Positions 38,201 through 50,324 of a stretch of DNA of 64,000 nucleotides are shown here, piece after piece. Position 1 is the stretch's first letter. Each line of letters opens with the position of its first letter. A program made the translations under genes and the position numbers. The stretch is from Oikopleura dioica (taxonomy: Eukaryota; Animalia; Chordata). The DNA lies in assembly GCA_907165135.1 (NCBI GenBank), contig OU015567.1, positions 8,246,001 through 8,310,000 of the forward strand, written 5' to 3'. Below the pieces are notes generated by a model. It ran no database searches, was not told where the DNA came from, and saw only the letters and a list, made by a program, of their open reading frames with translations.

Positions 38201-39454
38201 TTGACGCTTTTCCTTCTTAATCTACTGTTACAGTTGAAGAGGGCAGTAACCGATTCCGAAAATGAGTTTCTGGCATGAAGCCAGGGAAAAGGTATATCCA
38301 GCTGGAAATCGGACATCCGATTTCTCGGTCATCGCTCTCTAACTAACCCGAAACTGTCTTCGATACCCAAGTGGAGGCATGAAATTGAGGAACTCAACAA
38401 ATCCCCATATCGGGCTAATAAACCTAGAAATTAGGCAGGCCTTTTTCCAGCTGGCTTGGTACTGGCCAAAATAGTAATCCTAACCATAAGAATCAACGAT
38501 ATTCACAGTTCTTACCTTGGCTGTTGCTTGAGAACTTCCAAGCTCCAAGCAAGAGCAGTTTCTGCAGCGTAGCACAAGAAACTTGTCTTTCCCTTGAGCG
38601 GCCCGCCGATGGGAATGACGCTTGAATTGCCTCCCATCATTCCATATCGAATGGCAGAAACCAGCGTTTCTTTCAAGAGTTCTGGGGAGGTGTTTTCTCC
38701 CTTGAAGAGCGCATCGAAATTGTAGACGTACGAACCAAGTTGAATTTGACGGCCATTTCTGCAGACAAGATTTTCGCCTGTTTGATTTACTCGGCAAAGT
38801 ACACGGACCTAAAGGAAAACAGTTTAGGGTGCGATTCCCAAGGGTGCTCGAAGTTCAATCAACTCGGCTTGGGCGCGACGCAAATGACCGGGCCACGCTG
38901 GGTCAGCTTGTCTAGGTCACTTTTTCGAACATTTTATTTCTGGGTTTACAGTTGACGCGAAGGTGATAAAGTTATTTATGGATTTGTTTATTCATAAATT
39001 GCTACTAATTTACAGATTGTCGAATAAACATGGACATTTGAGGTCAAAAACGAAAGCCTGAAGTTTCCAGGTGCCAAAGAAATATCATATTTCAAATATG
39101 GCAGTCTTGGACCAACATTGACGAAGTTAATTCATTTGATAACAATTTAAAAAGATAATTACGAAGCAGTATTTCTTGAGGATAATCTGAGATTGCTTCA
39201 TTGTCTGCTTTTAAAAAAGTGCACGAACTTTGCTCATTGTCTTTAGTAGAAAAAAATGGATTTGAGTTTTATCTTACCTTGCCCTTCTTTAGACCGTTCG
39301 GCGGCGGTTGGATTGGCATAGCCACTTTGTATTTAATCGCCAGTCGATGTAATTTTTCTATCTCTCTTCTGATCCCTTCTTTTTGGTCTCTCTCAATTCC
39401 GCTGATTTGTTCTCTTGCTTTCTTTAGGCTATCCCCGCTGTCGCCTCTGAACAA
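35245..39454 (-). CDS. Divergent KIF26-like (kinesin-11) protein; 5' end not resolved
   Basis: Spliced reading gives GK|VRVLCRV, YNFDALF, P-loop GGPLKGKT, RLSVIEG...EDPLLG, SHILV, RLHLFD, LLREAL...HI...SLAILQAVSRM, and a C-terminal RELRMKYNQLL helix like that of KIF26. Confidence 0.7.
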
Positions 39455-39857
39455 AAGAGATTGTGGCGGAGGATGTCTGGTTATTGGAATCGATTGCTCG
39501 ATTTTTTGGATTTCGAGTCAACCTCAAGTTTCTCAAAAAATAAAACTCGGCGGTGGACCGCCGCGCGCGCCCTCGGCCTCCCAAACGAGCCAGAGCGCCA
39601 TCAGACTTGTGGACCTTGCGCGAGGCGGACAAACCATAAAGCAAGTTTAATTCTCTACCGGATCAAAGGGGATGTTTGGAATGTCCTCTTCAATGAACTC
39701 CAAAGGTCGCAAAAACGTGGGGACCAAAAGGTAAGAGGGAATTTAACGGCGCTAGGAAATTTTTATGAGCGCTGCTCAAGGAGGAATGTGAATTCACATT
39801 CATGTCTAGCGGCTAGACTCTAGCCCAAAATAAGAAACGATTTTTACATATGTAAAC

Positions 39858-39918
39858 TATAGTATAGTTAATATAGTCTATATAGTCTATATAAATATAG
39901 TCTATATAATATAGACTA
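39858..39918. repeat. AT-rich TATAGTCTA micro-array ending in a 10-bp hairpin
   Basis: Three direct TATAGTCTA units; tagtctatat-a-atatagacta at 39898-39918. Confidence 0.75.
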
Positions 39919-42900
39919 GGGCTGCTGAATTCGGAGGATTTGATAGTTTTCTAAAGTCATCATAAATTGGCGTTTTTATTCAATATTTATGATAAAAATA
40001 TTATATTTATAGTTTTCAAATTAACCAGAAAAAATTTTTCGGAAATCCATTCTCGTAAAAATCCGAAACTCTGGACTAAGATCCTTGACCCAGCGAGGAT
40101 CTACATACGTAACATAGCATACGTAACTTCCTGCGCATCTTTGACTGATGTGTCCCAAAATGATGCTTTCCGTTGGCGGACGTCTCGTTTGACAGGACTT
40201 TCCGGTGCTTGACTTGTATCAGGGTTACTTTAAATTCAATAGATCACTCTTTTCGCGGCTCTCGAAATTATAAATTTAATGTCCTCATTATTACGATTTG
40301 CGAAAGTGATCAACGTGAGGCTATCAATCTTATTAAAAAGAATAAGATTGGTTTTATACGGAAGAGAATCAATCTTCAGCGAGCTTGAGTGAGATAATTG
40401 AGCCGATTCGGACAAGATTGAGCTCAGTGGATTGTCTTGGCTCTGGATGGCTGCGCTGGACGGAGATGAAAGGGGACTGTTATTAGATTTTTTATATTCA
40501 ATTCAAAAGTAAAGATACTCGTTTACTGTCAGCGCTTTCTGAATGGATTACCATTTTGGCACTCGATCAGCTCAAATCTGAATCTATATCTTCATCGGGA
40601 AAGCTGGAAAACGAGTTGGTCAAGATTAACTTTTCATGAGCAAATATGCACCTAATTAGCATTACTGTCTACCAGACTGTGGAAAAATTTGATGAACGCG
40701 TCCCCAAGGACACAAAGTATTGAAATATTAACAAAGAGAGATGTTCAATTCCACTTTCGAAGCAGTTAACTTTCCGATGACAATCGAGGAACACGCGCAA
40801 ATTAGCATTCATTTCCCACAACCGATTGAAAGCATTAAATTCCGAATTCGGCATTAGTCGATGGGAATTTGCATTGAACTGATCCCCCAATCGATCCCCT
40901 TAGGAGGCGATTTGATCCCAAGTTTCGCCCCTTTTCAATCCGCTAAATGCCCTAATCGCCCAAGTAGCAAGTGTAAGGCCACTTCTCTACGTAGCTACTT
41001 GTCTGAAAAAACACGCGCGACAATGGGAAAAAAAGTTTCAAACTGGGCCAAAGTCGTTTTGTAACAGCAAGGTGACGATCAGTTGCGAGTGATTTCTGCC
41101 GGTCACCGGGATCAGACAAGAAACCAACTAACTTGATTAGAGACGAGCAAATTAGCACCTTGCTCCTAATTCGATCAGTCAGTCCCACCGTTACAAACTT
41201 TGGGGATTATTGTTCAACGACTTGATTATCCGTTAATTTGGGCATCCTAGGGAACAAAATCAAAAGCTAGCTGTTCAGCTAGACGGTATTCCTCCATGAT
41301 ATCAAAAGGTATCAAAGAAATCCTTTGAATTTACGTAGTTCTGACTAGCAATCGTAAAAAACTCGCCGATTCATCTTATCCTCCTCGAAATTCCAGCCCA
41401 TAAAAAACCCGCAAGCCCATAAAAAATCGCGCAAATTTGCCCTGGTACTAATTTAGCAATTAAAAGATTTTACGAATCACGTGTGGCGTCTTTCTTTGAA
41501 CGCGGCGGATTTCCGGTCGAAAATTTAAGTTTGGGAATTGAACAATTTTTGGGCAGGCAGGTGCATGCGCGGTGTCACTTTTTTGATCCCGCCGAGGGAT
41601 AATATTTGTCGGTGCAGGCAGGTGCGCCCGCTGGTGATCCCAGTTGCAACCTGCAAGGCCAGTTTCAAGCTCAATTCAACGAAGCACCGATTGAATATCT
41701 GATTGACTTTGAAAGGACAGTCTAACAGATGATTTCGCGAAAAAACAGCCGAAAAGGAAATAGACTTTGGATCGATCATAAACCAGACATGGAAATGTCT
41801 GGCTCAAAATTTTCGATCATTCGATCACAAAAAGAGTCCTCTATGTTGCACAAAGAGAGAAGCTCAACCTATATTCGCACGAGGACGGCGGCGACTCAAG
41901 TGATTACGCCATTTACTCTCAAAATAAAAAATCTCTGAAGATTCCGCCGACGAATGTTTGGGTGCGATGATGAAATCGGATGCAAGTTTTTGTATATTAT
42001 TGCGGATGGGTAGAAAATTAGCCAGAGTAACGAACCGCGGTAGAGGCGATTCATGTTGGATATTTAGTCTAGGAATTAGGTGCAAATAAAGTTATTCTTA
42101 GCTAAGAAGACCGACAAAGAATAAATATTCTCAGGATTCTGGTAAAGTCCAGGGAAGAGCTGTAGGAAATGCCATTCTCCAAGCGAACAAAAGCCGGCTC
42201 TGGACGAATGTACTTGTATCTTTTATGATTTTTTTTCAGGGGATTTTCTGAATAACCCGTGGCCAAATGCCAAAGCTAACGTTTTTGCGACCTGTGAGGG
42301 GATATTGAAGAAAAGTGAGCACTTCCTATCGGTAGATATCCGGTAGTATAAATTTTAAGAGGAAAAATACCCCACTTGCTTGAATAAGAAACTAGTCATA
42401 CAGTGATAATTATAAAAGCTCTTTATTCTGGTATTCGTACCTTTTTATCAGCATTGCTTTTCTCTTGGTCCATACAAGCTCGCCAAGATCTTCAAAGTTA
42501 TTCTCTATCCATTGCGATATCTCGACTTTACCAGGATTCACTGATTCCACCCAGTCCTTCACATTCATATTTGCTATTTATTTACGCTTTTAGACTGAGT
42601 AAAGCGGAGGAAATAGCTTCAACAGATTTCTCGGCGTACTTATTTGATGTTGCTACTTTTCGAGCAATAAAGACAAAGAACCATCACTCTCCTTTTAACG
42701 TAAAAGGCTGCGCTTTTCACATAGACTAAACGTCGCATTTCGCGTTACTTCTCTAATGATTAATTTCGCTAATAAAATGGTCTTCAATAGAGGTTTTATG
42801 TTTATTACGGCCAGATCCCCACCTGCTGATAATCGCGGCTTTCCGGCTGGTTTTGAAAAAAATACTTTAGTTAGCAAATTAATGGCAGGTCAGAGACACT

Positions 42901-43118
42901 TTTTATTTACCTATAAAACTATATTTTTATAGAAAGTTCAAACGAAATCTTTCTTTAGATTGTCTACTAGACATTGTTGCTCATTTGACAAGGTTTTCAA
43001 AAGATCTCTTCGTTGATTTCAATTTAGCAGATGTTTGATGTTTATTCATGTGACTTTTGTGAACAAAGTGAACTGTGAACAGAATTTCTCCTAAATGTCT
43101 TCGCAAAGGCTATTTTTC

Positions 43119-43711
43119 TTAGATGTTATCGTCCAAAAGCTGTTGGAAGACATTCTGAAAAAGAGGTTAGTTTTTCATTTTTACCAAAAAAAGATGCACT
43201 TACGAGGACAGCTTTGGGGTCTTGATTTGGCTTGTTCAGAATTCGATTCATTCTGGCCGACATTTCCGCGTTGCTTGTGACCATGGTATTGAAGCGAATC
43301 TCGTTTTGTTTTCGCTGAAAGAGGTGTTAGCTGGGATGGGAGACAACGAGGAGTACCTTTGAGACGGTGTTCTTGTCGAAGCTCGAGTTCATCATGTCAC
43401 TGAACTCGCGTGTGAGTCCTTCGATGTCTGAATTCGGTGATTTATAAAGATGAAGATTAGGTTGACTTACCGAGGCTTTCTCGCGAAGCACTGGTGGAGG
43501 TTGAATTGAATGAAGCATCGGAGTCGCGGGATCGCTCAAATGAGCTTGAAAGCGAAGTCGACTAAAATCGAAAATGTCCAACTCTCTGTGTGTCAAAGAA
43601 GGGTCTTACCATTGTCGAATCGAATGATTTCCGCTTACTGTTCTCATTGCTCTTGCTTCTTCGAACTTTAGGCACTTGGGGCGTCCGGAAAGTTACTCCT
43701 GGTCGTTCCAT
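43119..43711 (-). CDS. Orphan five-exon protein, about 136 aa, Ser-rich
   Basis: ATG at 43711; four short GT-AG introns keep the frame: MERPGVTFRTPQVPKVRRSKS...STSLSSSFERSRDSD...DIEGLTREFSDMM...RKQNEIRFNT...NVFQQLLDDNI*. Confidence 0.7.
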
Positions 43712-44209
43712 TTTTTTGGTTTTGCTCTTTCTCTGTTGAATTAAAATCGCAAAGTGACGCTAAGCAGCAGCCAAAATCAGTGGGCGCAATTTTTCGTCTT
43801 TCAGCCGTTTAGATCGAATCTGAAAAAAATTTGAAAAATAGTTTGAATTTCAAACTTTGAAAAATAATTCCACAGCTGCGTTCGAAAAATTCTTCCTTGA
43901 ATCATTTCAAAATCAAGTTAGGTTTATTGGATTTATGAGTATATTAATTATACAGAAGTATTCAGGACGTCACACATAGTAAATTTCGCGGTTAGTCTTG
44001 TCTGACCCCTACACTTGCGTCAAATCAAGTGTCAATCATTTCAGGAAGCCGAGAAGCACACAGGCTGGGCATATTTTTTGAGAGGTTGAACTACGACGTT
44101 TCTTTCACCAAGTTCTTTTTTGTGTTTTTTTCTCTGCTTCTCAGGTAAGCGAAAAAGATTGATTGGAGATTTTAGAGATCAAATTTGGATTTCTAGTGCC
44201 AAAAAACAA

Positions 44210-44238
44210 TTTATACAGTATAATTTATACTGTATAAA
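44210..44238. repeat. Perfect 13-bp inverted repeat with a 3-nt loop
   Basis: tttatacagtata-att-tatactgtataaa. Confidence 0.85.
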
Positions 44239-44637
44239 AGATGCTGAATTCTTAAAAATAAATATGAAAGAAATTATATTAATTATTTTTTTCAATTAAT
44301 TTAACTGTTTTTTCTTCACCTTGTCTGAAAAAATGATGATAGGAAATTATCGATTGTCTGTGTTCATGGGAGAAGAGCGGATTGCAATTGCATTAGTGGA
44401 TCAAAGGCGTCATAAGTTGCTCCTTCGGTAGTTGTCGATCAAGGACGTCTACATTTACGACGCGTTGATCTCCACTTTTCATCCCTCGCACTGCTCTCCT
44501 CATTCAAGTAACTGAAGGCTCGTGTCGGCAAAAAAGTACCGACTTCGTGGAAAATAGACGCTGGGAAAAGAGGAGAAAAATAGAAACCTGCTAAAAAACA
44601 GAGAGACGAAGAAAAGAAAAGAGAGACGGTGAATCGT

Positions 44638-45984
44638 ATGAAGAGTATTTTCGCATATTTGATTCTTGTATGGTCAAAAAGACCAACAACTATTCAAGAT
44701 TGGTTTTTAAGAAATATTGCTGATAGCAAAAAAGCTATGTTAAAAACTGATACAAGATTGCTACCTTCATGGTCAACCATTGTGTGATAAAGACACCGTC
44801 AGATGTCTAAAGTAATTATTGAAAAATATCAATTATTTTAACGAGAGTCTTAGAAAGATACCGGTATTCAAAGCTCAGGACACATCAGATGTCGAGTCTT
44901 GGAAGTGTGATCAAAGCTGTCCGATAAAAAAGAAAGACTGCAGAGAATTCTGCTTTGTTGATGATCAATTTGGCTTAATATCCAGGAAGTTTTGCAGGGC
45001 CTGGCTAAAGGTTAGATCTCAATTCTAAGGATTTTTTCATATAACACTAATTCAGAATGAAAACAAGAAAAAAAGAAAGAGAAAAAATGAAAAGAAAAGG
45101 CAGCATGAAGAAGAAATATCCTACTCAGCAGAATACTCTTCAGTAGACCTTGAGGATATGGAATCGTCTCTCTCCAGTGATATAAATTCTGCAAGTGGAT
45201 TTAATCCGGAGATGTCAGTGTCTTACTCTTCAGTTTCGTCAGCATCGTTGTCTTCGAAGCCTTTTTCGTCAGTTTCTACGATTTCTAGTTCAGCTAAATC
45301 CTCAGAATCGTCATCAGAAACACTATCAGAGACATTTTCTAAGACTTTCAAAGTTCCAATCAGCGTTCCGATTGGTAAGATTTATGAAAGAGCATGGTTT
45401 AATGGCATTCAGATTTTATCAGTCTGAGTTTTGGCGACTTCATCATCCACAAGTTAATTTACAAGCAGCTGAGTTGGGATAAAGCACTGGAGCGCTGCCA
45501 AAAGATTGGCGGCAAACTGCCGTACTTCAACACAAAAGACGATCTGAGGAGTACGTATTTCTTCCTAAATTAATTCATAAACTATTTCATAGGTTTTAAA
45601 GACAAATTATTTGGAGAAAATAAAATCTATGGAACGAACACCGAAGAAAATGACCGCCATCATATTTGGCTTGGGTACCGAAGATATGCAAGAAACAAGG
45701 TGAGTCCTTGTTGATTCCAAAAAATGAGCAGATTCAGAATCAAATGATGAATGTTTATACAAACGAACCATCAACAATCGCTCCTTATCAAACGCAATCC
45801 GGGTGAGAACAGACATATAAACAAAGCTAGAATCGTTTCTAGGCAAAGATGCGCAGCTTACAACCCAACTTTCATATCCATGTCATACTTCGACTTTTAC
45901 TGCGGAAGCTTTGAAAGAAGAGCAACCAAGGACATCTATCTTACGCTTTGCTTCGTTCCAGATCCTCACTCGCGCTTGAACTGA
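44638..45984 (+). CDS. Putative secreted protein: Cys-rich segment, Lys-rich and Ser-rich linker, C-terminal C-type-lectin-like domain
   Basis: Spliced C-terminus LSWDKALERCQKIGGKLP...IWLG...QRC...FYC...TLCF, four Cys placed as in a CTLD. Exon 1 and the first intron are uncertain. Confidence 0.65.
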
Positions 45985-46144
45985 AATCTCTGTATCATAA
46001 TGTATGATTAAATCAATGTATAAGTTCATATTCTCAAAAAATGACGAGAATTGGCGGAGCTTTGTATTTTAAAAATGAGCGACAGTGTAAAAAAGTTGTT
46101 ACATTGGTATACATGTTCTGAATTGAAGAGAATTGAGCATCTTT

Positions 46145-47980
46145 TTATTGGTCGCGATCAACTTCTAGGTAAGCGGTTCGACTTTTAACGATGCCATAGC
46201 GATTTCTTCCGACGCAGTTGAACTTATCTTTCCCCATCGGAGACTCGAGGAGTGGTCGTCGAAGATAGAGAGTGCTCTCCCCATTTCGAGAGAACTCGTA
46301 AAGATTCGGATCGTCAGCACCTTTGACAACTATTTGGCTTCGGAAGCATGTGCGGTCTTACTTGAAATTTGCTTGTCATTTCTTATCCAGTAAATTTCCG
46401 GCATTGGATCACCCTTCACCTTGCAGACCATATGAACAGACTTATTCCATTTCGAGATGGTCGATTTTGGCTCTTCGATTATTCGAGGCCCTGAAATTTT
46501 GTGAAATCATATTTCTATCAATACCGACCTTTGACAAGTCCTTCCGCAGAAGGTTCAAGACCCGAATCAGGAACGAGAACGTCAGGTCGTTCAGGAACGA
46601 TGAACGAAGGGGTTTTGAAAGCTATTTTGGATGATGTTGTCTTTGTAAAAGGAGCTGTGGTCGTCTGAGCAGTAATAATTGACTTCTGAAATAATCGTGA
46701 GTAGAAATTACGTTCTCGATTACGTACCGCAGTAGCTTTTATAAATTCCGGAACAAGATCATGCTCAATAAGATCTGTTCCCGCGAGAAGATCGTCTAAG
46801 GCTTCATTGACTTCCGAGCTGAAAGAGAAGCTCTCCTCGACAATTTCTTCGTCGGAATAAGTTGGGATTTGACCTCTTATAGAATCAGGTATAAAATCGA
46901 CAGGAATAGCTTCAACAGGGTCATAGCTTGAGCTGTAGTCTTCATCGACAACTACAAAAGAAAAAAAATTGAAGTTTAGTATGACTCGATACCTTCGTCA
47001 ACGACCTCTTGTGATAATGGTTTCGTCTCCCCACTTCCTTCTTCCGAATCATCTTTTTTCAGCTCTTCGAAATCTTTTTCTGCGCTTCGGAACTCAAGGT
47101 CCATTATTGGCGCCATTGTCGTCTCTCTTTTACTGCTCAACGAAGATGAATCAAAGAAGTCCACGGGAATCAAATCGCTATCATCGAAAAAAGAGTCCTC
47201 CTAAAAGTTGAATATTGTAATAAAAGTGAAATGTCAACTCCGGTCAACCGTATTGATCTGAAGATCCTTTTCAGATGTCAGGCTGGGAGTCGAAAAAGAT
47301 CCAAGGCCATATCTTTCGTTGAATGAGTTCAGCTTGGCGAGTGCGTCTTGAAGCGGGTTTCCGTAACTTGACGCTAGAATTTGAAGTATATCCGTGTTTG
47401 TTCATCATTTCTTACCAGAAGAAGAGAGAGGATCGCCGATGAGAGGATCGAAAGGAAGAGGAGCGCTTCTGAGATCGGGGTCGTAAGATCCAGATCCTTC
47501 GTGACTCTTTTCATCTGCTGCATAAACGTCGAATGTATGCGAAATTGAGCCGAGTTTGTTCGTCGCTTCGCACTTCCATTTTCCCTCATTCTGCCTAAGA
47601 TTCAAATGGAAATCAATCTCGGTGGATCTAACAGTACCTAGTGAAAGATGGAAAAGTGAGGCTCGAGCCCTTGACTTTGACCTGAATATAATTGATGAGT
47701 GAGTGATTTAACCAACAAAAACAACCTCGTGGGAACTGCTGGATATTCTCTTGTCATTCTTGTACCACGTTATCGATGGTTTCGGATGCCCTTTAGCGTG
47801 ACAATGCAAAACAAGAAGCGATCGAGGCTCTGGTGTCCGACGATTGCACATGTATCCTCGCCATTCTGGAGGCATACGCCTCTCCCGGACCGCTAGAATT
47901 GATGTTGTCTGCGACGTTGCTTCTTTAAATCTACCTGATGACAGAGTTGTGAGAAAAATAAGCGCTCGTATAAATCCCAT
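46145..47980 (-). CDS. Putative secreted protein: signal peptide, Ig domain, acidic S/T-rich linker, second Ig domain; no transmembrane segment
   Basis: Ig1 LHCHAKGHPKPSITWYKN...GKWKCEATNKLGSISHTF; Ig2 MVCKVKGDPMPEIYWIRN...FNCVGRNRYG...AYLEV; stop at 46145. Confidence 0.75.
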
Positions 47981-48505
47981 TCTCTTTGATCAACTTCTCC
48001 TCTGGGTATGAAAAATCTCGGATTCCGCTCGAGGGCAATTCAGACTCGCCCAATGGCGCCGACTCCCATAAATCGTGCGCAGTTTTAAAGGTTTTTTGAA
48101 ATAAAAAAAGTGCAAAAGCCCGAGTCGCCTTTACTCGCGCAACACAAAAACTATAAACCCCCCACGCAAGGGACTTGAATAGGGACTTGAAAGGGGAAAA
48201 GGAATATTTAAAAACCCTGTTCACACAAAGGGAGGGCCTTGTTTGCTTATTGTGTACTTTCCTAGCGGAAGATATTTTATTCAAAAAGCATTTGTTTTGT
48301 TTTCATCCTTCAAGTGCAACTTCGACTCAGGTGTTTGTCTTTTGTTCTCCAAATGGCGAATTAGAGCATTCTATCAAACAAGCTGTTAGTCAAATACAGT
48401 AACTAAAAATTAATATATTAGGTTTAGTGCGGCTTAAGCATGAGAAAATGCCACATGTTTCTTCGACTTTATTATATTACTGAACTTTCCTTTTATTTCT
48501 CGAAT

Positions 48506-50065
48506 ATGCGGCTTAGAGAATCACTACTACTCGGAATTGCTTTGGCAAATGAGTGGAGTTCCAAATGGGACCCATGGAATTGCCCATCATGTAATTATCA
48601 CACGTCATTTGGTATTTTTAAAATTTTTAGCCTGCAAAGAACAACTCACCAATTATGCCTATAAGTGCGATAGCAACACCCCAATCATGGAGGACTATAT
48701 AACCGAGAGTTGTTCAATCCATGATTACAACTCACCAACGACTGGCGCTGATGAAACCGGATCATCTTGCTACTTTTGCCCATGCAAGAAGATGCCTTTC
48801 GTACAATGCTCTCGAAATCTCAACAATTTGATTGCAACAACCGAAGGCCAGCAATGCTTTGCAAACGTCGGCGATGGAGTTTGCTCTTGTACCAAAAGCA
48901 TGGAAAATGACTCCGACATTGAGTCTAAGTGCATCTCGGGTGTGAGCTGCTTCTATGACGTGCTTAAAATGGACAATCGAGCCGGGTATACGTGTAATGC
49001 AGTTACTTCCGACCTTGATCTCGTCCAGAGTAAAGTCAACTTTGCTACTGCTTGCAGTCAGAACCTCATCCACCACATCGAAGGTTTCAATGTAGATCCT
49101 AACTATTATCGACCAACAGCTGACGATCCTTTCCCCGAGCGCAACGCTGCTACCATTGCTGGAGCTGGTCGACATTTGACCCATCACATTGATTATCATC
49201 GAGAGCGTATCCTAATAAATAACTTGGGAGATGGAGTAAACGATCTTCCAGATCCTTCCGAAGCACAAGAATTCTGGTACGGGATCGTTCGATCTTCGGG
49301 CGTTACTGATAATATCCTTAATAACACTGATAACACACTTCAAAATCTGCGTGGAAAAATTTCCAGCGCATATACTTCCCTTCAGCGTCTCCGAAAGATC
49401 AGGGAGGAAAAATGTCCGGACCGAGTTTGTCAATGTGAAACAGTAAGCAACTGGGATTCGGTAAACAAAGAATGTGTCGACGTGTATTGCGAGGATGGTT
49501 CTGTTTGGGACCCACAAGCTGAAGAGTGCTACGAGTGTCCAGAATACTGGGACCCTCTTTACAACGAGTGCAAAGATTGCAAGGATATTTACGGCTCCGA
49601 GTCAAACTGGGATCCAGTCGCTGAGTTGTGCGTTTACTGTCCTCTCAATCATGAGCTAAATTATGAAACTGGTGAATGTGAGCCTTGCGAGGAAGGCTGG
49701 AATAGCGAGACAAGACGCTGTCTAGAGGATTGTCCGTAAGTACAAAACGAAAAGAACGATAATAAGAGATATAAGAGATAAAGAAATCCAGCAAGAATGC
49801 AATAGTCAGTGTCGAGTCGAGTACAATAGATGCAAATTATTGTGTGAAACAGAATACTGTGCTTCAATCTGTACCAGAGAATATAACGGTGAGTTTCATT
49901 TTGATTAACTCTATATAAATAATATATTATATATATTATTAAAGCACTTGCTTCAACTGTTTTGAAGATTGTTTGGACAATTGTCCTTGCGGAGAAAACT
50001 GTATCGACGGTTGCGCTGATTGTAATAATCCAGTTTGTGATAAAATATCAAATGCTGAAAATTGA
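48506..50065 (+). CDS. Secreted Cys-rich protein, copy 1: shared N-terminal domain, about 6 Cys/Trp repeats, C-terminal CPC-type Cys-rich module
   Basis: Signal peptide MRLRESLLLGIALA, ORF 48537-49739, then two spliced exons QECNSQCRVEYNRC...REYN|DCLDNCPCGENCIDGCADCNNPVC. Confidence 0.75.
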
Positions 50066-50324
50066 AACGATTTAACAAGGAAGTGATTTGATTTGAGAAG
50101 CTCTACCCCAGTTTTATCGTCCTTTATGGCACAACAAATTATAACTGTTTTTTATACTTTAAATAAAAATACAAAGACCATTCGAAAGGAAAATAGTAAA
50201 AGTCAAATACAGTAAATAAAATTCCGCATCAGAACTATTTTACTAGAGAATCTAGCATGAGAAATAGCCACATGTTCCCCCCGACATCATTTTTCGCGTC
50301 GAGCTTTCCTTTCATATCTCGAGA

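Noticed and set aside
45123-45360. Acidic minus-strand reading with an apparent GT-AG intron (SDDDSEDLAELE...)
   Set aside because: It is the complement of the Ser-rich plus-strand exon (TCN read as NGA), and the plus frame splices cleanly into the lectin domain.
49913-49942. AT-only quasi-palindromic run
   Set aside because: Low-complexity intron sequence in Cys-rich copy 1, without the TGCTGAATTC motif.
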